This document shows positions 55,422 through 64,000 of a stretch of DNA of 64,000 nt, piece by piece. The DNA lies in NCBI GenBank assembly GCA_904063045.1, contig CAJFCJ010000014.1, positions 248,001 through 312,000 on the forward strand, written 5' to 3'. The DNA is from Dimorphilus gyrociliatus. Taxonomy: Eukaryota > Animalia > Annelida. Made by a program: the position numbers and the translations under genes. Under the pieces are notes generated by a model. It was not told the origin of the DNA. It did not search any database and was given only the letters and a program-made list of their open reading frames with translations. Within the stretch, counting starts at the first letter, position 1. Each line of letters starts with the position of its first letter.

Positions 55422-57483
55422 ATGGCTAACCAGGCGAACCCTCGTAAATTTAGTGAGAAAATCGCCCTTCATAACCAAAAACAAGCTGAAGAAACAGCGG
55501 CCTTTAACGCAATTATGAATGAAGTTAAGAATAGCAAGGTTTGTAGATGTTGTCTTGATCGGAAATGCTGAAAAAACTTGCTAGAATTTCGAGGCGCGCC
55601 GCGATTGTTTATTTATTTACAGTACGTTTTAAAAGGAATTAAAGAGTGTTATTTTACAGAACCAGAGTATGAAAAATCAACAGTTACAACATATTGATGT
55701 TATTCAAAATGTTGGTCTAAGGCCAGGAGGTAGCTTACCCAATGTCAATCAGATGGCTAGTAATAATTCTATTGATTTAAAGGTATGAGTAAAAACAGGC
55801 CTACGTTTAATTATCACGACTAACCTAAATCTTTTCAATACATAGAGTGCATTGAATACTCTGAAGGATGTAAAGCAACAGCCGAAAACAACAAGACAAA
55901 CTCTTATGGATAGAATACAGAATAGAGAAAGGTTGAACGGTTTTTCTTTCCTTTTCAACAGATACTTTTACCTTGAGAGGATATCGTTAGATAACTTTCT
56001 TGGAAGTCATATTCTGTACATTATAACGAGTCTTAGAGTATGAATTACATTTACTACTTGTATTCTATTATAATTGACCGTTGAAGAGAGATTTAGAGGT
56101 AGTACGTCGTTCACTGAGAGTAAAGTAAAAGAAGAAAAATAGTCAAGTAGTCAGAGGTTATTCTATCTTATAAATGAGATAATAGTTATTTTCTTGTCAC
56201 TATTTAGTACAGTTCTACCTTTTACCTGTTTATATATTAAAAGTCAAGCTAATTGTCTACTAAGTATTTCTTACTCTTTTTTTAAATTATATCAATATTA
56301 ATAGATTAATGAAAAGGTGTAGACTGTTTGGCATGCAAGAAAGTAATAAAAAAATTCCTAGGTAATGTTTGCTTTAAAAGGTCAATTTTCAGCTATATAA
56401 AGTTTTCCCAAGAATAGTATTTTATTTATTCATATACAGATGGATCTACTCGTAAACATTTATATATATATATTAGGATATAAATATATAAATTTATATA
56501 TATATATATATATATATTGTATATTTACAGTATGAATGCATGTGTACGCTTATGAAATATAGACTAAGATATTTTCCTCCTCCACTAATTTGATAACTCT
56601 GTATTATTTGCAGAGCCAAGAACTCGGGTATGTCGACTCATCTTAGACGTCAAGGGGGTAACTCAAGGGTAAGTTAGAAGGAAGCAAGGACTGGGATATT
56701 AAAGGTCTTGATGTTAATTTCCTCTCGCTTTTTTCTCCTCTTTTAGCACGATGTTTCTCCATACGCAAGTCCTTCTTCGTATCTCTCACCGCCATCTGAT
56801 TCTAATTGGCGGAGGTATGTATTATATAAATGTTCAAATTGTGTTTCTATAATGAATAATTGATTGACACAGTAACCTAATTAAATAGGCAAGCTACAGT
56901 AGGTTATTTAGATGATTTTAGCTTGTGATTAGGATGACATAATTATAACTTTGATACTGTTTTCATTGGACAAGGTCACTAATTTTATAAATAGATGACA
57001 CTTAGTATTGGTAAAGGGTGTATATAGATTTTGTAACCTATCCCTTCTGAAGCAATATGCATGTAACGAAATACAAAACAGAGCTGGATAGGGACTGGAG
57101 GGAGAGGGAGAGAGAAAGAGACTAAAGAAAAGAAAAGGAGAGGAAAAGATGTAGATGTGGGAAGACTACCAACACATATAATAAGTGTAATGATAATAAG
57201 AGTAATAATAAGAATAACAAATAAAAGATGGTATAAAATAATTATATTTAGGGTATACAATTACATTTAAGCAATTGTTGGTATATACAAACCATAGGAT
57301 ATGTACCTGTTGGATACATCATATATAGTTAAACATTATACTGTGAATTATATAGTATATCTATTATAAATATTTATTGCTACTATTTTATATATGTAAA
57401 ACGTTCCCTATATAAAAGATGTATCTAGCGACGTATAGTAAAATATTTCTATTGATTTCTTTACATGACAAGATTATACGTAG

Positions 57484-57520
<37 letters not shown>

Positions 57521-60500
57521 TGTGGAGAGAAGGGAAAAAGATTCGACCCGTCCATCTGTTTCTCTCTCTCTCTCTCCCTCCCCGTCCCTCCCTCTTTCTC
57601 TGTTCAATAGTGTATATAATTATTTAATACGTCTATTCTTTTATTCAATATTACATAAACCATTTATTTTTCGATTGTTGCTGCTAATAATATCACTTTT
57701 ACATAAAGAATTATTAATAATATGATAATATGTCAATATTACATTTTTTATTTAGTAAGATTATTACTTGACAGTGTTTTCTTTTTTTTTATTTCTCTAT
57801 TGTCTCTATCACTCATTCTCTCTCTTTCTGTCTAACCATCTGTTTCTTTATCTGTTCTTTTTTCAATATAGACTATGAATAGTTTAGTATAAGAGCGTAG
57901 AAGAAGATTATACAACATAAGTAAAAGGTAGCAGCACCTGATCAATATTATAAACCAATATAAACAATTATAACTGTATTATCATGGTTGTCTTTTAACT
58001 GTTAGTAGATACAAAAGGTAGGCGATCAGTTGATTCTATAGTATATAAAATTCTACAAAGTTACTCATTATTAGTCGACAATTTTATAAAAGGGTTAGAG
58101 AGAAAGAGAGAGAATAGAGTATGTATTTGTGTAAAAAAAGGGGGAATATACCTCAAGGATGTCTTTGAAAAAAATAGAAGGTCGAATCGTTTTCATGTAT
58201 TCTCTTCTGTTTAAGTAGAGAGAAATCATAAATAAAAGAGGAAAGGCGGGGTGAGCGACAAAGAAAGGGAGGAAAGTTAGATTATACATTAGACAACTTT
58301 TAGCTCAAATATATTTTTTTATATAGTTTTTTAGGCTAAAGAAAAAAATTATAAAATAAAAAGACAGTGTTCAGAACAGTTCTATCGATTAATGTCCAAA
58401 GGTTAATGCGTACTTCTTTGATTCATTCTAAATTTGCATACATTTTATTCAATAAGTATATTCTCTCTTGATTATTTCCACGTTTATACACAAACAGCTT
58501 TCCCTACGCATTATAATGAATTTCACTCAATTATCTCTTAGCATTTAATATACAGTATATATAATAATATATTTAAGTTTTAATAGTTGTAGCGCCATCT
58601 ATTGTTCATTTCTAAAAGTCATATTTTTTTTACGTTTTTCTCAAATTAAATGAATGAAAAATGTATTAAATAATACATTCGTCCTTTTATTTCTTTTAGA
58701 ACAAACTCCGATTCGGCAATACACCAAGCCCATCAAGTGTTGGCACCGTCAAATTTGCAGAGTGACATGTTGCCACTTGGTATTGACAATTTGAATTTTA
58801 CAGATAACTTGACTGCTTCACTATTCCTTCATGAAATACATCAAGTAAACAAATATACTTTGACGTCTTCTTTCCATAAAAAATTGTACTATTTATTGTT
58901 CTTTTTCCATAGCAACGCGTACAACAAACCACCGAACAAAATTCATGCGGCGATGTCCCAGGAATCAATATAATAAGCGATGGAACAGATTCAGGCGTTA
59001 ATATACCAATATCGAATTCAACCGGCTCATTACCTGACTTGACAAACCTCCATATACCTTCACCCCTTAGTACGCCCATCGACCAAGAAAACCAACAGCA
59101 AGAGAATTATGCCTCTTCGGTGCCGACTCAAAGTCCAATAGCCCTAATACAACAACAATTAGAATTTAATCGTAAATCTCCAGCGTTGACTATCCCAACC
59201 GTTCAGGTACTATTTAAAATTATACAGTATATAATTAAAAAGTATGCATAACAAGCAAAAAGGCCGATTATGTTGAATGTCGTTTTTTTTTTGTTTTTGT
59301 ATCTTTTATCTGTTGTGAAAGCATGAACCAAAAAGAATCCCTTCCTTGAACAGGCTTCACCCCGCGTTCAACTTCGTCAAATGCTAGAATCGAAAAAAAA
59401 TCAACATCTATCAGTACCCAATGGTCGTTCACCCTGTCCATCACCTACGTTACCTTCCAGAGATACGTCACCTGTTGTAAGTTTGTTGTCATTAACAATT
59501 TTTATAGCTCTTCAAAACTTCTCTCTTGACAAGTATTAATGTCTTTCTCTCTTAATTTACAACTAGATATTATATATATATATATATATGTATGTGTGTA
59601 TATATGTCTTCAGCTTTCTTTAATTTCCTCAACCTTCTTAGAAACCTTATACTTAAATCTCCTTAATTTTAACCCATGTCAATCTTATTTTGGCTTCCTA
59701 TCTTTCAACAAAAACTCTTTAGCTAAAGAATCCTCTTCTGTTTGTTTGTTAATTGGAAATAGCTTTAACCTAATTCTAGAAAATATAAGAGATCTATTTA
59801 TATTTCTTTTATAAACAGTTTAAGTAAATTGTCTTTCTGCAAATTTCATAATATATTGTTCTTATTTTCACTTTGCTCTTCTCCACAGAATATAAACACT
59901 ACGTACAGAACTAGTCATGAAACTGGCATTGCCACATCACCTACTTCTCCGTTGTCACCTGCTTCTTATTCCCCATCTCAGTCGCCAGTTTTACCCGTAA
60001 CAACAGGAAACTATTTTGCACAAGATCAACTACACCAGCAGTTCAGCCAAGTCCGTATGGACCAGCAAGAAACAGATTCTCAGCAATTAGCTCAAATTCT
60101 CGCTTATATGCAACAGAGTAATGGTGTACAGGGAAATTTTTACGTTTCTTCTCCAACAACTCCCTCGAGCCCCCATCAAAACCACTCTCATAGTAGCCCT
60201 CTCAGCCCAGAAACTCCTTTTTCGCTTCAACAAACGAGTCCAGGGTCAGTGCAGCAACAAAACTCACCTGGGGACAGTAGCATTCCGGATATAATACTAA
60301 CAGGTATTAAAAGAATACCTGTATTTTTTATTAGCTTGATAAACAGTAATTAATATGAATACTATTTATTTTTTTCTATATAACAGCTGTTGACGAGTTT
60401 AACCAGTCTCATATAAATAATGGAAGAGACTTAAATTTTCCATGCGATTTAGAACTGCTCTCCGAAGGATTAGATCCAGTGAATATGCAAGATTTGGATT

Positions 60501-60565
60501 TATTGAACTCCTGTCAACCATTTACCGACGAAGATCAAATTGAAAAAGATTTAAGGACATCTTAA
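55422..60565 (+). CDS. CRTC: CREB-regulated transcription coactivator (TORC), multi-exon
   Basis: [35 protein letters not shown] (TORC_N), [30 protein letters not shown] (SIK site, split by an intron), [10 protein letters not shown], and C-terminal IPDIILT...[12 protein letters not shown] ending at TAA 60565. Confidence 0.93.
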
Positions 60566-60618
60566 GGGAGAATCTTTTTTCGTTATTTTTTTGCCTTGTA
60601 AAAATTATCAAAAAGACA

Positions 60619-60768
60619 TAAGAAAGAAAGAAAGAAAGAAAGAAAGACAGACAGACAGATAGAAAATGAAAGAAAGAAAGAAAGAAAGAAGAAAGAAGAA
60701 AAGAGAACAGAATAGGAAGGAAAAAGCAAGACTCTTTCCCAAAGTTTTTTCTTTTTGGGAAAAAGATT

Positions 60769-60800
<32 letters not shown>
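60619..60800. repeat. (GAAA)n/(GACA)n and (TC)n microsatellites just downstream of the CRTC stop codon
   Basis: Directly visible. Confidence 0.9.
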
Positions 60801-60803
<3 letters not shown>

Positions 60804-62050
60804 TTCTCGTCTTTCTCTCTCTTTCTCGTCTTTCGTCTCTCTCTCTCGTCTTCTTCCTTCTTCTTGCTCTTCTCTTTCTATACTTAACTCTTTTTTCTAC
60901 TGCAATCTTGTTCTCTCGTGTTTTTAGCCTACTTCTCTTCAATATTGTATAGTTTGTTTCCTTGTTTTTTAAATACCTTTTTCGTCATTGTACAAATGAA
61001 AAAAAAACCGTTTAATATCAAAAAAGCCAAATGAATTGAAAACTAAAAAATATAAAAATCAACTAAAACAATATCTAAGAAATTAAGTTAACAAATTGTC
61101 CTCTTTATTTTGTTTTTGATAGAGAAGTTGTATCCTCTCTCTCTCTCTCTTCTCCTTTTTTAATTGAAAGTAATTGATTCTTTCCCCGCCCTCTCCCATT
61201 TTTTTTTCATTTTTCTTTACTTGATACTTAACATTGTCTTTTTTTGTTTAGCAGTGACTATTTTCGATATCATAGATGGCGTTTTTGAAGGAAAAAAAAT
61301 CCCATTTAATTGCTAACCATTTAGCCATCTAACGGGTTATAAGTCAGTAACCATTTTCGAATTGAAATATTCTATTTTTTTATTTTTACAAGAGATTTCA
61401 TATGAATATACAGTATACATATATATTCATTCTTGGTATAAAGTTTCCGTTGCATCTATACTAAAGAGTCTATGTATTTTTATACATATTAATATATACT
61501 GTATATATGTCTATATGTATACTGTAAACCCAAAAAATTATATATAGAATGAATTGACTGTTCATAAAAATGTCAAGTCTGAGTGTGCCATCTTTACTTG
61601 TAAATATTGTATGAATATATAAATATGCAAATACGTCTTTCTCCTCTAATACTTGTTACCAGTTAGTCAGCTGGTCACATTTTACCCAGTCGTGTTTTTT
61701 GTTCTTTTTTATACTTTGGTAAATATTTGTACATAGAATTTTCTGTTTATTTTAATTGTAAAGAAATATTTCAAATACAAAAAAGAAATGCTTACCTGAG
61801 TAAAGAACATTCGAAGAGGGATTTAATAGTTTTAGTAGTAGTAACCAATGAATGCAATTGGGACTTATAAAAAGAAATTTTGCAGTTGAGAGACGATGAA
61901 TACTGCAAATTTATGTAGTTTATATATTTTATGTAGTATATGTTCCTATAATTTTAGTAACACCTAAAAGTCAAGACTTTATTAATTTTCTTTTTATTTC
62001 GTCCATGTTTACTCAACACTTGTTCCAGTTTATATCTTTTTCCTTAATCA

Positions 62051-62053
<3 letters not shown>

Positions 62054-62106
<53 letters not shown>
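62054..62106. repeat. (TC)n microsatellite
   Basis: About 26 TC units, directly visible. Confidence 0.95.
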
Positions 62107-62109
<3 letters not shown>

Positions 62110-63789
62110 AATCTGTCTGTCTCTTTGACATGTTTATAATATAGAAAATTGCATAAATCCCTTGTAAAGCGAGTGTTTCTTGAAGGGGTGACATGAGATC
62201 TTTGATCGCTTACTAACCCTTTCCATTATCAGAAATATTTATTTTCCTTTATTTTTTCCATAGTTAGACTTTAAAGGTGTAATTTAAACGCCTCCATTCG
62301 TCCTCTTTCCCCTATCGAATCAATTGAGGTATTTTCGAGTGCAGTTGTAATTGAAACTAGATTATTATTTTCTTTCTCTTTGCTATTCTACTAGTTCGAA
62401 TGAAAGTAATTTAAAAATAAGAAATGCAGTTGTTGGCATCGATTAGAGAAAGGGTGGATGGGATGGAAATGAGGGGGTGAAAAAAAAAAGAAGGAAGGAG
62501 CATGTTAAAAATAAAATTGAAGGCCTATAATTAAACGCCAACGCACGTGGAAGAATGTAAGCTTTTTTTTAGTTTGAAATGTATTTGCATTAAATCGTGA
62601 AATGTAAAAAAGAAATTAGCAGTTTAATTCTCTTTTCTTAACAAGTTGAAAGCCAAAACTTGCTTTTTGTTAATATTGTTTAGCAAGAGAAATTCGAATG
62701 CATACGATAATTCAAAAATTTATTATAATCTTTTGAACAGGCAATGCAATATGTTTTACTTGAACATTTTCTTAGAAATTGTATAAAATTCCTTGTCAAT
62801 AATAGAATTCTTAATAAATCATTATAAATCTTATATATACAGTATATATATATATTATTCTATTAAGATTAATAATAAAAGATATTAAAGACGGTAACGG
62901 CAAGTTGCTTTGAAAAAAGCAACAGTAAAAATTTTCTCTTACATAACAGGTAAAGTGTATGTTATTCTTAGTATAGGCCTTCCTCCCTATAAAAATCTAA
63001 TGTTAATGTAACGCCTATTGACGACCAGCTATTTATATACATCAATAAATAATTATTCACTCTTATTTTTTTCTGCCTACGCACTTAAAAAAAAAACTGT
63101 AGATAATCAATTGGTCAATGTCCCTCCTATTGAACGCATGTTAACTTGGCGAATCACGTGATCAAGTGCATCCTTTAAGTTTAATTAGTAAGTTAAAATC
63201 ATTGCTTTTTCGATATTTTAGTGTCTTTTTTAATGGATTGTTAAATTATATATCTGCCCTATATTTTGCTTTTTGAGGAAAAGAAAGGTAAAAATTGAAG
63301 AAAAGCTGTTGAAATATTTAATGTTCCTTTATTTATCTTGTGTTTGTCAAATGAGAGATTTATAAAAAGGAAAGGAAGACAAAGATAAAATCAAAGAGAA
63401 AAGAAGGAAAATAAAAATGTTTTATATAATCAAAGAATTATTGAAATTATTTGAGTGTGTAAGGAATATTTAATGCTGTATACAGTATATTCCAGTTTTG
63501 CCTCTCATCTACTATTTTTGAAATGTCTATCTCTCCTCTCTCTCTCTGAATAGAATTGCTATAGTCTCTCATAAGAATGCTTTTTCATGCAAATTTTGCA
63601 TACTGTCTACTCATCACATCATTCTTATGGTTAACATGACTAAAACCTCCACCCATAACTATTATATAAATCAATAGGTGTGGTAAAAGAGACGTTACAC
63701 AATGCGTTAATTCGCTCCAGTTTCAGGTCTGTTTATGAATCAGTAAAATGCCGAGTCAACCAAAAGGGTGCATATATACAGTCTATACA

Positions 63790-63824
<35 letters not shown>

Positions 63825-64000
63825 GTTATATGTATAGAGAATATATTTAGATTTGCACACTTGTATCTACACGCAACAAATCTAGCTCGAGGAGACATGA
63901 TAATGAATGAAATAACGATTACTTTGCAATCAAAGAATGTAGGAAAGAGACTGGGAAAAGGGAATAGAATAGGAATAATGTTCCGCTCGTTAAAAAAATA

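Noticed and set aside
56985-61547. Hydrophobic or low-complexity ORFs within and after CRTC (e.g. 56985-57260, 60522-60952)
   Set aside because: They are translations of AT-rich introns and microsatellites.
62451-62480. G-rich patch resembling a G-quadruplex
   Set aside because: Only three G3 tracts; it does not meet the canonical pattern.

Overview
AT-rich eukaryotic (animal) genomic DNA. Genes are tightly packed and most introns are very short (about 55-80 nt, GT-AG). This fits a compact-genome spiralian such as the annelid Dimorphilus, but the species is inferred, not shown. From 1 to 45.4 kb lies an accessory, likely immune or secretory block, almost all on the minus strand. It holds an LRR gene, six secreted MAM-array genes, a minimal RING gene, a stand-alone Caspr-type fibrinogen-like gene, a large NACHT-LRR (NLR) gene, a PAN/Apple gene, a Macro + PARP gene and a deleted mariner element. 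Four of the MAM genes carry serine-protease domains: two catalytically intact and three dead. From 47.8 kb on are conserved housekeeping genes: a MARVEL protein, ETNPPL-like, and a head-to-head GATAD2/CRTC pair. Top leads: (1) a MAM-array protease/pseudoprotease cluster with domain shuffling and an 877-bp near-identical tract; (2) a Macro-PARP with a tankyrase-like H-Y-E triad near the NLR; (3) 13 copies of TATAC[A/T]GTATA that match Tc1-type excision footprints; (4) GATAD2-CRTC microsynteny. All exon models were assembled by hand, so boundaries are approximate unless stated. No database searches were run.
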